A stretch of DNA of 64,000 nt from Desulfomonilia bacterium (GCA_963664325.2 CAXXDQ010000003.1:768001-832000); one strand, 5' to 3'; positions 41,753-52,575 are shown, numbered from the stretch's first letter. The notes: generated by a model from the sequence alone, not told the origin. Translations and numbers: made by a program.

Positions 41753-42511
41753 ATGTCGAGGGAACACCGGGAGGTATTGAATGGGGTAGGGGGGGCGCCT
41801 TTACCCGCCTATTACCGGTTGCAGGAAGCGTTGCGAGGGAAAATAGAGGACGGCCACTGGAAGCCGGGCGAGCCGATTCCATCGGAGCGGCTTATCACCG
41901 AAGAGTACAAGATAAGCGTAGGAACGGTGAAGAAGGCCCTCGGGAATCTGGTGGGCGAAGGGTATCTTTATAGGGTTCAGGGCAAGGGCACCTTTGTTGG
42001 AAGAAGTACTCTAAGGCAGGAGAGCTTGCGATACTACCGGATGGTCAGGGAGTTCAACGACGGGATGGCAGAGCTTGAAGTAAGACTCTTAGGCATTAAA
42101 GAAATCCAGGGATTCGAGCCTGCTAACCGGTTTCTCGAAATTTCAACGGACATGAAACTTTACGAGATCAAAAGAGTCTTCAGTTCAGACCAGAGGCCTG
42201 TCGTTTATGCCGTCTCATATATCTCCAGGGGGATGTTCAAGGATTTCGACCGGGTAGCCTTATCCTGCCTTGACAAAAGCACGTTATATGAAACCGTGGA
42301 AAAGAACTACGGGCTGCCTACAATCAGGAACAGAGAACTTTTCGGTGCGACTCGCGCGGATGCCCGAACTGCCGGCATTCTAAATATTGAAAAGGGCGAA
42401 CCCGTCCTCACCATTGAAATGCTTTCATACACATACAAAAGCGTGCCCTATGAATACCGCCTGAGCTATTGCGTCACATCAGCTCACAGAATACTCGCCG
42501 AAATAAGATGA
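41753..42511 (+). CDS. GntR-family regulator, HutC/UTRA subfamily
   Basis: IPSERLI...ISVGTVKKAL...RVQGKGTFV wHTH followed by a UTRA domain. Confidence 0.92.
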   Translation: MSREHREVLNGVGGAPLPAYYRLQEALRGKIEDGHWKPGEPIPSERLITEEYKISVGTVKKALGNLVGEGYLYRVQGKGTFVGRSTLRQESLRYYRMVREFNDGMAELEVRLLGIKEIQGFEPANRFLEISTDMKLYEIKRVFSSDQRPVVYAVSYISRGMFKDFDRVALSCLDKSTLYETVEKNYGLPTIRNRELFGATRADARTAGILNIEKGEPVLTIEMLSYTYKSVPYEYRLSYCVTSAHRILAEIR

Positions 42512-42574
42512 CGGAAACGCCTGTCCCGATCGCATAAGGACAGGCATTTTTATAAGTTGCTTCAAGGAGATGCT

Positions 42575-44245
42575 ATGAAAAAGGACTTTCCCGAAATCGT
42601 TTGCGACGTGCTCATCATAGGGGGGGGAAGCGCGGGCGCCATGGCGGCCATACGCGCCAAGGAGTTGAACCCGTCCCAGGAAGTGGTCGTATTCGAAAAG
42701 GGGGACATCACCTATTCCGGTTGCATCGTGCGCGGAATGGATGCGCTTAATATAGTCGCCGTTCCCGGAATCTCCACGCCCGAACTTTATGTCGAGGCAA
42801 GCCGCATGGCATGCGAGGACATCCTCGACGAGCCACCCAGCTACCTGATGGCAAAGCGGAGCTGGGACATGCTGAAGAAGCTCGAGAGTTGGAACGTGTG
42901 CTTCCCTGTTGACGACAAGGGCCGGTATGAGGTTCTTCAGGTGCACCCGAAGGGACGCTTCTGCGTCACCATGAAGGAACCCGAACTCAAGACCATTCTG
43001 GCAAAGCGTCTTACGGACCTGAAGGTGCGCGTCTTCAACCGCACCATGGCCCTTGAGCTTCTTAAGGATGAGGGCCGCGTTACCGGTGCAGTCGGAACAA
43101 ATGTACGCACCGGCGAGATCATCGTCTGCGCTGCAAAATCAGTCATCCTGACTGCCGGAGGGACGGCCCGGTTCGGCCTTCCCAACAACGGCTATCTCTA
43201 CGGTGTCTACGACTATCCCGGCAACACTGGCGACGGATATTGCCTTGCATACAGGGCCGGTGCTGAACTCAGCGGATTCGAGTACACCCTCATCTACTAT
43301 ATCGTAAAAGATATAAACGCCCCTCTGCTCTACATCACACTCACAAGGGGGGCTAAGCTGTTCAACGCCTTCGGCTTCGACAAGAGCAGGGAGCACCCAT
43401 CGATAAAATCCATGCTCGTGGACCATCACCGCGAAGGCAGCGGCCCGATGCGCATTGTAATGAGCCACCTTCCCGAACAGCGCATCCGTGAGATTGAAGA
43501 GATCCTGTTCACGACAGAGCGGCCCGTTCAGGAGCGGTTCTATGAAGGCCGGGGCGTTAATTTCCGATCAGGAGAGATCGAACTCTGGCCCACCGAATGC
43601 TTCCTTTGCGGAGGCCACGGGCTCACTGGCGTACGCGTTGATGAGAATGCGGCAAGCACGGTTCCCGGCCTGTTCGCTGCAGGCGATACCTCGCTGGTGG
43701 CGCGGGGCCATTTGACAGGCGCCTTCGTATTCGGCGAGATCGCGGCCGAGAGCGCAACCAGATATGCCGAAGGCATCGGCAAGGCGGACTATGACGACGC
43801 ACAGGTGAGAAATGTCATGAAAGACCGTAACAACCGGCTCGAATGCGGGGCCAACCCGATACCGGTCGAGGAGTTCGAATACAAGGTCCGCAGAATCATT
43901 AACGACTACATCGTACCCCCGAAAAACGAGTACAAGCTCGACCGTGCATTGTGGTGGATGGAGCGCTTCAGGCAGGAGCTTAGCGAACAGGTCAGGGTGG
44001 GAAGCATTCACGATCTCTTCAAATCTTATGAGATTGAAAACATCATCCAGTGCGCAGACCTCAGTGCGCGCGCATCGATCACTCGCAAGGAGAGCCGCTG
44101 GGGCATGTGGCATTACAGGACCGATTTTCCAGAGAAAAACGACAGCGACTGGGTAAAGCACATCGTGCTGTCGCAGGGCTTTGAACCCCGCGATGTAAAC
44201 ATCAGCCTTAGAGACATCATAAAAATTCAGGAGAATTCAAAGTGA
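42575..44245 (+). CDS. AprA/AsfA-like flavoprotein of the succinate dehydrogenase/fumarate reductase/APS reductase family
   Basis: GGGSAG, SGCIVRGMDALN (no covalent-FAD His), NTGDG, GLFAAGD, RKESRWG..HYRTDFPE; AAGGAG RBS. Confidence 0.82.
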   Translation: MKKDFPEIVCDVLIIGGGSAGAMAAIRAKELNPSQEVVVFEKGDITYSGCIVRGMDALNIVAVPGISTPELYVEASRMACEDILDEPPSYLMAKRSWDMLKKLESWNVCFPVDDKGRYEVLQVHPKGRFCVTMKEPELKTILAKRLTDLKVRVFNRTMALELLKDEGRVTGAVGTNVRTGEIIVCAAKSVILTAGGTARFGLPNNGYLYGVYDYPGNTGDGYCLAYRAGAELSGFEYTLIYYIVKDINAPLLYITLTRGAKLFNAFGFDKSREHPSIKSMLVDHHREGSGPMRIVMSHLPEQRIREIEEILFTTERPVQERFYEGRGVNFRSGEIELWPTECFLCGGHGLTGVRVDENAASTVPGLFAAGDTSLVARGHLTGAFVFGEIAAESATRYAEGIGKADYDDAQVRNVMKDRNNRLECGANPIPVEEFEYKVRRIINDYIVPPKNEYKLDRALWWMERFRQELSEQVRVGSIHDLFKSYEIENIIQCADLSARASITRKESRWGMWHYRTDFPEKNDSDWVKHIVLSQGFEPRDVNISLRDIIKIQENSK

Positions 44246-45858
44246 GTGGGATAAACCTGTTGACGGCGCTTACGGACAACATAGTTGTCGATAAGGCAAA
44301 GTGCGTGGCATGCGGCATATGTGTGGAAAAATGTCCTATGGACAACCTCAGACTCAAGCTCTCGCCATGCAGGCAGGCATGCCCCCTGGGCGTCAATTCC
44401 CTGGGATATGTCAGACTGATAGCAATGGGCGAAGAGGAAAAGGCTATGGAACTCGTCCGCGAGAAACTGCCTTTTCCCGGCATCATGGGACGCGTCTGCT
44501 CTCAGCCCTGCGAGAATAAGTGCCATCATGCAAGCGTGGGAAGCAGCAGCTTAGCCGTACGCGCGCTCAAGCGCTACCTCGCCGATAACTTTTCAAAAGA
44601 CCTTAAGACGCCGCTTCCTGATATGGAGCCCTCCTCCGGAAAGGCAGTAGCAATAGTTGGCGCAGGACCCGCCGGTCTTATGGCCGCGTACGACCTGGCA
44701 ATGCGAGGGCACAAGGTGACCGTCTTCGATTCGGAATCCCGTCCCGGTGGCATGTTGCGCTGGGCTATACCCGAATTCAGGCTTCCCGCAGCGGTTCTCG
44801 AAAATGAAATAAACCTGCTTGAACGCATGGGAATCATCTTCAAATGCAGCGAAACCATCGACGGCGACCGCATTGCAACATTGCGGCAAGAATTCGAAGC
44901 GGTCATTATAGCCACGGGTTCGGCAGATCACAAGCAGCTCGGCATCGAGGGAGAGAATCTGCCCGGCGTATATCATGCTCTTCCATTTCTCAAGATGGTG
45001 CGCTCGGGAAATGCACCGGATGTAGGGATGCGTACTGTCGTCATCGGAGGGGGAAATGCCGCAGTGGATGCGGCCCAGACCGCCCTCAGGCTCGGGGCAT
45101 CAGCCGTAACGATGGTATGTCTCGAATCGGAACTGGAGATGCCTGCATTCCCCTGGGCGCTTGAAGGGGCTCGGGATGAAGGCGTGGCTATGGTAAATTC
45201 GCTCGGCCCGGCAAGGTTCCTCTCCGAAAACGGCAGATTAATCGCCGTTGAATTCATCAGATGCATAAGCGTGTTCGACTCATCCGGGGGGTTCAGCCCC
45301 TTGTATGATACATGCCATGTGGAAACCATGAACGCCGATACCGTAATCATCGCGGCCGGTCAAACCCCATCGACGAAGCCTTTCGAAGGGCTCGGCATCA
45401 TCCTGAACGGCAGGATAATGCATGACGCAGAAACTCTAGAAACCGCCGAAGAGGGACTGTTCTGCGCGGGAGACTCGGCAAGCGGCCCCACGTCCGTCGT
45501 CGAGGCAATGGCATCGGGTCGAGTTGCCGCCGAATCGGCCCATAGGTATCTTACCGGCTGTCATATGTTCTATGGCCGCAGTTACAGAGGACCTGTCGAA
45601 ACGGAATTCGAGATCGAGACAGGCAGCGACATCAGGCGCGACAGGATTTCCATTCCGGCACGAAAGTATACGGGCAAAGGCGATTTCTCCGAGATCGAAG
45701 CCTGCCTCGATCAGGAATCAGCCAGGAAAGAGGCCGGACGCTGCTTTTCCTGCGGCCAGGCCTTCGGGGAATACCGCACGTGCTGGTTCTGCCTGCCCTG
45801 CGAGATAGAGTGCCCTCACAAGGCGCTCAGGGTGGAGATCCCATATCTGTTGAGATAA
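44242..45858 (+). CDS. Ferredoxin::GltD/Nfn-like NAD(P)H-dependent Fe-S flavoprotein fusion
   Basis: N-terminal CVACGICVEKCP; PCRQACP, GRVCSQPCE, GAGPAG, GGGNAAVD, FCAGD; C-terminal CWFCLPCEIECP...IPYLLR. Confidence 0.85.
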   Translation: MSGINLLTALTDNIVVDKAKCVACGICVEKCPMDNLRLKLSPCRQACPLGVNSLGYVRLIAMGEEEKAMELVREKLPFPGIMGRVCSQPCENKCHHASVGSSSLAVRALKRYLADNFSKDLKTPLPDMEPSSGKAVAIVGAGPAGLMAAYDLAMRGHKVTVFDSESRPGGMLRWAIPEFRLPAAVLENEINLLERMGIIFKCSETIDGDRIATLRQEFEAVIIATGSADHKQLGIEGENLPGVYHALPFLKMVRSGNAPDVGMRTVVIGGGNAAVDAAQTALRLGASAVTMVCLESELEMPAFPWALEGARDEGVAMVNSLGPARFLSENGRLIAVEFIRCISVFDSSGGFSPLYDTCHVETMNADTVIIAAGQTPSTKPFEGLGIILNGRIMHDAETLETAEEGLFCAGDSASGPTSVVEAMASGRVAAESAHRYLTGCHMFYGRSYRGPVETEFEIETGSDIRRDRISIPARKYTGKGDFSEIEACLDQESARKEAGRCFSCGQAFGEYRTCWFCLPCEIECPHKALRVEIPYLLR

Positions 45859-45909
45859 CGGCATGGCTCAGGCCTGCCTGAATATTAAAAGAACCGACGG
45901 AGGTGACGT

Positions 45910-47148
45910 ATGGAGCTTTATTCTTTCGAGAAATCGTACAGGATGTTCGAGGAGGCGAAAAAGATCGTGCCAAACGGAATCTACGGGCCGAGGAATCCGT
46001 ATTTCCTGACGTTCGGCTCCTACCCGTGCTTTTTTAACAGGGGCAAGGGTTCCCATGTATGGGACGTGGACGGCAACGAATATATAGACTACATGTGCTC
46101 GTTCGGCACCAACCTTCTGGGTATGTGCACTCAGGAGGTGGACGATGCCGCGATGGACCAGATGAAGAGGGGCGACTCCTTTACGCTGCCAACCGACAGG
46201 TGGAACGAGCTTGCATCCCTGCTCGTAAACCAGATTAAAGGCATGGACTGGGCCGCCTTCGGCAAGAACGGGTCCGACGTCACCACGTATGCTGTCACCA
46301 TCGCCCGACAGCAGACAGGCAGAAAAAAAATAATCTCCATTGACGGCGCATATAACGGGGCCCACTTCTGGTGTTCGCACAGCACGAACGGCGTCCCGGA
46401 AGAGTACAGGGCGCATGTGCTCTCCTTCAGATACAATGACCTCGAAGATTTAAAGAGACTCGTGGAAGAGAACAAAGGCGATGTGGCCGGGGTCATTCTC
46501 ACGCCCCATCACCATCCCGCAATGGAAGACCAGGTACTGCCAGCGCCGGGCTTCTACGGCGGCCTCACAGAGTTATGCAGAAAAGAGGGTATCGTCATCA
46601 TCATGGACGACATACGGTGCGGGTTCCGGCTCGATGCAAACGGCTCGCACTGCCATTACGGACTGGAGCCGGATATCATCTGTTTCGGCAAGGCCATGGC
46701 CAACGGCTATCCCATCTCGGCCATCACCGGAAAAGAGTGGGTCAAGTTCGCCGCAGAGTCCACCAATTTCACGGGCACACACTTCTTTTCGGCAGTGCCT
46801 ATGGCGGCATCCATCGCGACGATCAGGATAATCAACCGCGAAGGGGTAATCGAAAAGCTCTACGAAACTGGCCTCAGGCTGAGAGAGGGACTGCTTGCCC
46901 AGGCGAATGCGGCGGGCATCAATGTGCATTACACGGGACATCCCGTAATGCCTTTCATGAGATTCGACAACGACGCCGACTATTCGGTCAACCGTCTGTT
47001 CTGCGGAGAGGCTGCCAGGCGCGGCGTTTTCCTGCATCCGCACCACAACTGGTTCGTATGCAGGGAGCACACGAAGGATGATATCGACAGGACTATCGAT
47101 GTCGCGGGCGAGTGCTTTAAAATAGTGAAAGATCATTTAAACAAATGA
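45910..47148 (+). CDS. Class III PLP aminotransferase (GSA aminomutase-like)
   Basis: WDVDGNEYIDY, FGKNGSD, MDDIRCGFR, FGKAMANGYP. Confidence 0.9.
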   Translation: MELYSFEKSYRMFEEAKKIVPNGIYGPRNPYFLTFGSYPCFFNRGKGSHVWDVDGNEYIDYMCSFGTNLLGMCTQEVDDAAMDQMKRGDSFTLPTDRWNELASLLVNQIKGMDWAAFGKNGSDVTTYAVTIARQQTGRKKIISIDGAYNGAHFWCSHSTNGVPEEYRAHVLSFRYNDLEDLKRLVEENKGDVAGVILTPHHHPAMEDQVLPAPGFYGGLTELCRKEGIVIIMDDIRCGFRLDANGSHCHYGLEPDIICFGKAMANGYPISAITGKEWVKFAAESTNFTGTHFFSAVPMAASIATIRIINREGVIEKLYETGLRLREGLLAQANAAGINVHYTGHPVMPFMRFDNDADYSVNRLFCGEAARRGVFLHPHHNWFVCREHTKDDIDRTIDVAGECFKIVKDHLNK

Positions 47149-47195
47149 CCGGCATCATCTATCAATGATCGCCGATATTTTTCAGGAGGAAAGTC

Positions 47196-48894
47196 ATGAT
47201 GCAGTCCATTGGAAAGGCAGCGGTCCAGACGCTGATAGAATGCGGCGTCGAATATGTATTCGGCATCCCGGGCGGCGGTGCGCTCTTTCTCTATGACGGC
47301 CTTTACGAGCACCAGGGCAGGATAAAGAGCATTACCGTCCGCCATGAAGGTGCGGCTTCATGCATGGCCGACATGTACGGCAGGATGACAGGAAAACCCG
47401 CAGCAGTAGTCGCTCAGGGGGCCTGGGCTGTCTCCAACGCCGCCTTCGGCATTCTCGAGTCATACCTTACGGGTACGCCCATGATCATCATCACAGACAC
47501 CAGCGACTACGGCGGTTTGACGCAGTACGGACCATGGCAGAACGGCACCGGCGAATACGGGTCGTTCAACCTGCCTGAGATGATGCGCTCCATGACCAAG
47601 TACACGACTTTTGCAAACACCCCGGACGAGCTGCTGCACGGCATACGTCTGGCAGTCAAGCATTCGGTTACGGGCAGGCCCGGTCCTGCATGCGTCTGCG
47701 CAAGGATGAACGTCTTCAGCCTGCAGTTCGATACTGAAAAGGCGACTCCTCCGCTTTACCCCGCAGCCGGGCACTTGAATATCATGAAACCATGCATCGA
47801 TGATGAAACAGCAGGCCGGATCGCAGACATGCTGACAAAAGCATCGGCTCCAGTCATCATAGCGGGATCAGGCGTCCACCATTCCAAGGCCCACGATGAG
47901 CTGCGCTTGCTTGCAGAACTGACCGGCATACCCGTGGCGACAAGCTACATGGGAAAAAGCGCCATCGCTGAAACCCATGACCTGGCCCTGGGCACGATGG
48001 GCAGCATCGGGCAGAAGATAGCCAACGAGAAGATCATGGGGGCAGACCTCATATTTGCCGTCGGCACAGGACTCTCCCCGGAAAACACCATGATGCTCTC
48101 CCCGTTTTTCATAAATCCGGCCAAAACAGAAGATCATCCAGATGGATATCGAGCCTCTGAATGCAGGCTGGACTTACCCGGTCGAAATCGGCGCTGTATC
48201 GGACGCCAGTGCTGGCCTTGCCAGAATCATCGAAGCTTTGAAGATAAGAAACTTCGGAAAAGACACCTCAGGCATTATCAATGCGTTGAAAATCAGAAAA
48301 TCGGAAACGGGTTTCTTCACATGCCCGGAGTTCTCGTCGGATGAGTCCCCTATAGCGCCGGAGCGAATCGTGCACGAGGTGAACAAGGTGCTCGACGGCG
48401 ACGCCGTCCTGTGCCTCGACGCAGGTAACAACCGCCAGTGGACGGCACGCCACTTCAAGTCAAAAGGAGCCGGCCAGATTTTCGCGCCGGGCGGCGCCGG
48501 CGGCGTCGGATGGGGACTTCCGGCTGCCCTGACTGCACAGCTTCTCAGGAAAGACTCGAAAGTCGTTTGCATATGCGGTGACGGCGGGATGATGATGATG
48601 CTTCACTGCCTCGAAACGGCAATTGCAGTACGAACTGCCCGTAACATATGTGGTGCTCAACAATGCAGCATTCGGCAACATACTCGACTTTCAGGCGCCT
48701 GGACAGGCGCATCTGCACCCAGTATCCGACGCCGGATATCGAAGCATACGCACGTGCCGCCGGATGTGACGCGTTCAAGATAACAAACCCGAAAGACCTG
48801 GCTGAAGCACTCAAAACCGCCGTCAGCAGCTGCAAGCCGTCGGTTGTTGAGGTGATCACCAAAATCGATGCGCATTTTCAAGCTCATGATGTGA
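47196..48894 (+). CDS. ThDP-dependent enzyme (acetolactate synthase/decarboxylase/Xsc superfamily); about 4 apparent frameshifts
   Basis: VFGIPGG, RHEGAASCMAD, GRPGP, GDGG...NN ThDP motif across frames; indels near 48123, 48622, 48700, 48876. Confidence 0.8.
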
Positions 48895-48911
48895 GGAAGG
48901 AGTCCCGGCTT

Positions 48912-50339
48912 ATGGAGCATTACCGGATCTATCTGAATGGAGAATGGGTGGACAGTCAGAAAATAATCCCAGTACGGAATCCGGCCACAGGCGAGGTATT
49001 TGCCGATGTTGCTGCGGTCGGAGGGGACAATGTCCGCAAGGCGATTGAAGATGCCGGTGCTTCGTTCCCGGCATGGTCCGGACTGCCGGCGATTAAACGG
49101 GGCGATTACCTTCTGGCCATTGCCCGGGAAATGACATCGAGAGCGGATAAGATCGCAAGGACCATCACCATGGAAAACGGAAAGCCGCTCGCCCAAAGCA
49201 TGGCCGAGGTCGCCATGACCATAGACCATTTCCGCTGGTTTGCCGAAGAGGGACGCCGCGCATACGGACGCTGGGTACCGAACCAGGCAGACAGCAAGCG
49301 CCACATTGTCATGAAGAACCCCGTAGGTGTAGTCGGCGCAATCTCTCCCTGGAATTTTCCTCTCAATCTGGCTGTGCGAAAAGTGGCCCCGGCCCTTGCA
49401 GCAGGATGTCCGATCATACTGAAGCCGTCCAGCCTTACCCCGTTATCCGCGATAGAACTCGCAGAATGCGTTGATGCGGCGGGTGTTCCCAAGGGTATCT
49501 TTCAGCTTGTCGTGGGCAACTCTTCCGAGATAGCCTCGGAAATGCTGAATAATTCCGTCTGCCGTAAAGTGAGCTTCACGGGCTCAAGCGCAGTGGGCAA
49601 ACTCCTGATTGCAGGTGCTGCAAAGACCTGCACGAGCCTCTCTCTCGAACTTGGCGGAAAACGCGCCTTTGATCGTCTTCGCGGACGCCGATTTCGACAA
49701 GGCCATCGAGGGCGCTCTGATCGTAAAGTTCCGCAACACCGGACAGTCCTGCGTTGCGGCCAACCGCATATACTTACAGCGCCCGATCTACGATAGATTC
49801 ATCAAAGCCTTCTCCGAAAAGGTAAAGGTCATGAAGACCGGTAACGGCCTCGAGCCGGGGGTGGATATAGGACCCCTCATCAATGAGGAAGGCCTTCAAA
49901 CCGCCCTTGAGTTCATAGAAGGACGCCGTATCCAAAGGGGCGCGCCTAGTATGCGGAGGAAATCGCTTGAATGGTCAAGGGACCTTCCTCGAGCCGGCCG
50001 TCCTGGCCGATGTTCCCGATGCTGCCATTTGCATGAGCGAAGAGATCTTCGCGCCGGTTGCCGTCTTTGCCCCGTTCGATACCGAAGATGATGTCCTTGC
50101 AAAGGCGAACTCCACAGAATATGGTCTAGCCGCCTACATATACACGAACGATCTGAACCGCGGACTGAGGATGTCAGAAAAAACTCCAGGCAGGGAGCAT
50201 AGGTCTCAACGATGCCATACCGGCTACCAGCAACTGCCCGTTCGGCGGGTTCAAGCAGAGCGGCTGGGGACGCGAACTCGGCATCGAAGGGCTCGACGCT
50301 TACATGGAAACCAAGCATATATCTATTGGAGGAATTTAA
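48912..50339 (+). CDS. NAD(P)-dependent aldehyde dehydrogenase (GabD-like); several apparent frameshifts
   Basis: PWNFP, SFTGS, LELGG, GQSCVAANR, EEIFAP, PFGGFKQSGWGRE; GAAGGAG RBS. Confidence 0.85.
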
Positions 50340-50488
50340 ACAGAACTGAACCGGCGAGAAAAGCGATGGTACAGATTCGAACATTCTTTAAACCATTTTT
50401 TACAAAATCACGACTTGCCGTATTTGAAATTTAAACAAAAGGCCTGCAAAGGAAAACAAATACATTGCAGGCTTTGAAAAGGCTTGGA

Positions 50489-52140
50489 CTAGACGGCGTA
50501 ATTTGCAGGAATACTCTTCGACAATCTTATACTTCTGTATCTTCCCGCTTGCTGTCATGGGATAGGCCTCGACGAACTCCCAGTATTTCGGGATCTTGTG
50601 CCTGGCAATTTTACCGTTGCAGAACTCGACCATCTCTTCAGCCGAGGATTCTTCTCCATCAAGTAGCTGATAACCGCCAGCAGCTGTTCCCCGTATTTCC
50701 TGTCCGGAATTCCCACGACATATACGTCGCTGATCTTGGGGTTCTTATGCAGGAATTCTTCGATTTCGCGGGGATAGATGTTTTCTCCGCCCCTGATTTA
50801 TCATTTCCTTTATCCTTCCGGTAACCTTGAAATAGCCGTTAGCATCAACTTTACCGAGGTCTCCGGTATGAAGCCAGCCGTCCCTGTCTATGGTTTCAAG
50901 TGTCGCCTCATCCATCTTGTAATAGCCCTTCATGACGCAGGCGCTTCTGGTTACTATCTCTCCCTGTATATCGGGACCGGACATCATCTCCTGTAGCAGG
51001 GTCGATGATTTTTCCTTCGATATCTGGCAGAAGTGTTCCGACGGTCGATACCCTGAGCTCGACCGGGTCATTCCTCCTTGTCCATGGTCATGACAGGTGA
51101 ACTTTCCGTCTGGCCGAATGCTATGACGACCTCGGGGCAGTGCATCTTCGTGCGCACGTCGTTCATGACTTCAACAGGGCAGGGTGCGCCTGCCATAATG
51201 CCGGTCCTTAATGAAGGACATGTCATACTTTGAAAAGTCGGCATGGTTCAGCATTGCTATGAACATTGTCGGTACGCCGTTTATCGCCGTACATTTTTCT
51301 CTGTCGATATACTGAAGGGCTTTAAGAGGATCGAAGCTTTCCACAACAACCATTGTCGAACCATGGCTTACGGCATTCAGGGTGCTCATCACGCATCCGA
51401 AGCAGTGGAACAAAGGGGACGTGTATCAGAAGCCCTGTCTTCATGCGTCAAATCAAGAACATTTCCGACCATGATGGCATTGTTCACTACATTGTGGTGA
51501 GTAAGCATTACGCCTTTGGGAAAACCTGTTGTACCGGATGTGTACTGCATGTTTATAACATCATGCGTATCAAGGGTTTGAGCACGCTCCTGAAGTTCCT
51601 TATCGGTTACAGCCTCTCCCATGATGAATAGTTCATCGAACCTGAACATGGCCCGGGAGTGTCATTTCTTCCTCCAACATAGACGACATTTTTTAAATAA
51701 GGCATTTTATCATTTGAGTACCTTCCGCAGCCGGTTTCGCTCAATCCCGGAAGAACCTCATAGGTCATATCGACAAAGCTGGAATCCCTGTAGCCGTCCA
51801 TAAGTACAAGTGTTGTTGAATCCGACTGTTTGAGTATGTATTCAAGCTCACTTGATTTGTAGTTTGTATTGACTGTTACAAGAACAGCCCCGATCATACC
51901 GAGTCCGCACTGCATATAAATCCATTCAGGAAGATTCGTTTGTCCATACGGATACATGATCTCCTTTTTGCTATACCAAGAGCCATGAATCCCTTCGCGA
52001 CACTCACGCACTTTTCTTCGAATTCCTTCCATGTAAGCCTTATCCCTGATTCGGGAAATACAAGTGCTTCTTTATCCCGGATGTCTTAATGCTGTTTCAT
52101 GCAGAATTTTGCCTACTGTGACATTGCGAAAACCACTCAT
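50489..52140 (-). CDS. AMP-binding acyl-CoA synthetase, heavily frameshifted
   Basis: Collinear fragments [10 protein letters not shown]..., [42 protein letters not shown] in shifting frames. Confidence 0.8.
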
Positions 52141-52205
52141 CTGATCCCCCCCCATTTATAGTTTTATTATTATCTGAAAACCAACCCTTTTTCATTCGCA
52201 TAAAT

Positions 52206-52222
52206 AGCCAGATGCATGCCAA
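52206..52222 (-). promoter_or_regulatory. Putative sigma54 (-24/-12) promoter of the acyl-CoA synthetase
   Basis: Minus strand TTGGCATGCATCTGGCT against consensus TGGCACG-N4-TTGC; GG and GC at canonical spacing. Confidence 0.45.
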
Positions 52223-52425
52223 AATGTTTGTATTTATTGAGAAAATTGATAACCTTCTGATAATTCGGAATATTTATTTAAGCTCTTGTTTGTACATGAT
52301 TATTTTTAAGGTAAACAAACCATAAATATACCAGGAATTTGTGGGGTTGCCAACCATAGCTCCAATTGTAAAGAAATCAACGGTCACTTTTTTAAAAAGG
52401 ATTTTGTTTAAGGGATATTTTAGAC

Positions 52426-52500
52426 TGGAGCGGGAAACGGGATTCGAACCCGCGACTTTAACCTTGGCAAGGTTACACTCTACCACTGAGTTATTCCCGC
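52426..52500 (-). tRNA. tRNA-Gly (GCC)
   Basis: GCGGGAATAACTCAGTGGTAGAGTGTAACCTTGCCAAGGTTAAAGTCGCGGGTTCGAATCCCGTTTCCCGCTCCA; cloverleaf with encoded CCA. Confidence 0.97.
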
Positions 52501-52512
52501 ACCGTGCGCCCC

Positions 52513-52541
52513 TTTATATGCAAGAGATTGTACCTTGTCAA
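52513..52541 (-). promoter_or_regulatory. Sigma70 promoter of tRNA-Gly
   Basis: TTGACA-17 bp-TATAAA followed by a GC-rich discriminator. Confidence 0.75.
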
Positions 52542-52575
52542 GATTCTTTGAGATTCTTTGGAAAAAACAGTGACA

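Noticed and set aside
42575-44245. Calling this a true dissimilatory aprA, or sdhA/frdA
   Set aside because: No covalent-FAD His motif, no sdhB/C, no sat or qmo context, and shorter than typical AprA
48648-49796. Apparent ThDP-enzyme/ALDH fusion ORF
   Set aside because: An extra T near 48876 hides the ThDP gene stop (TGA ~48892-48894); the ALDH has its own RBS and ATG at 48912
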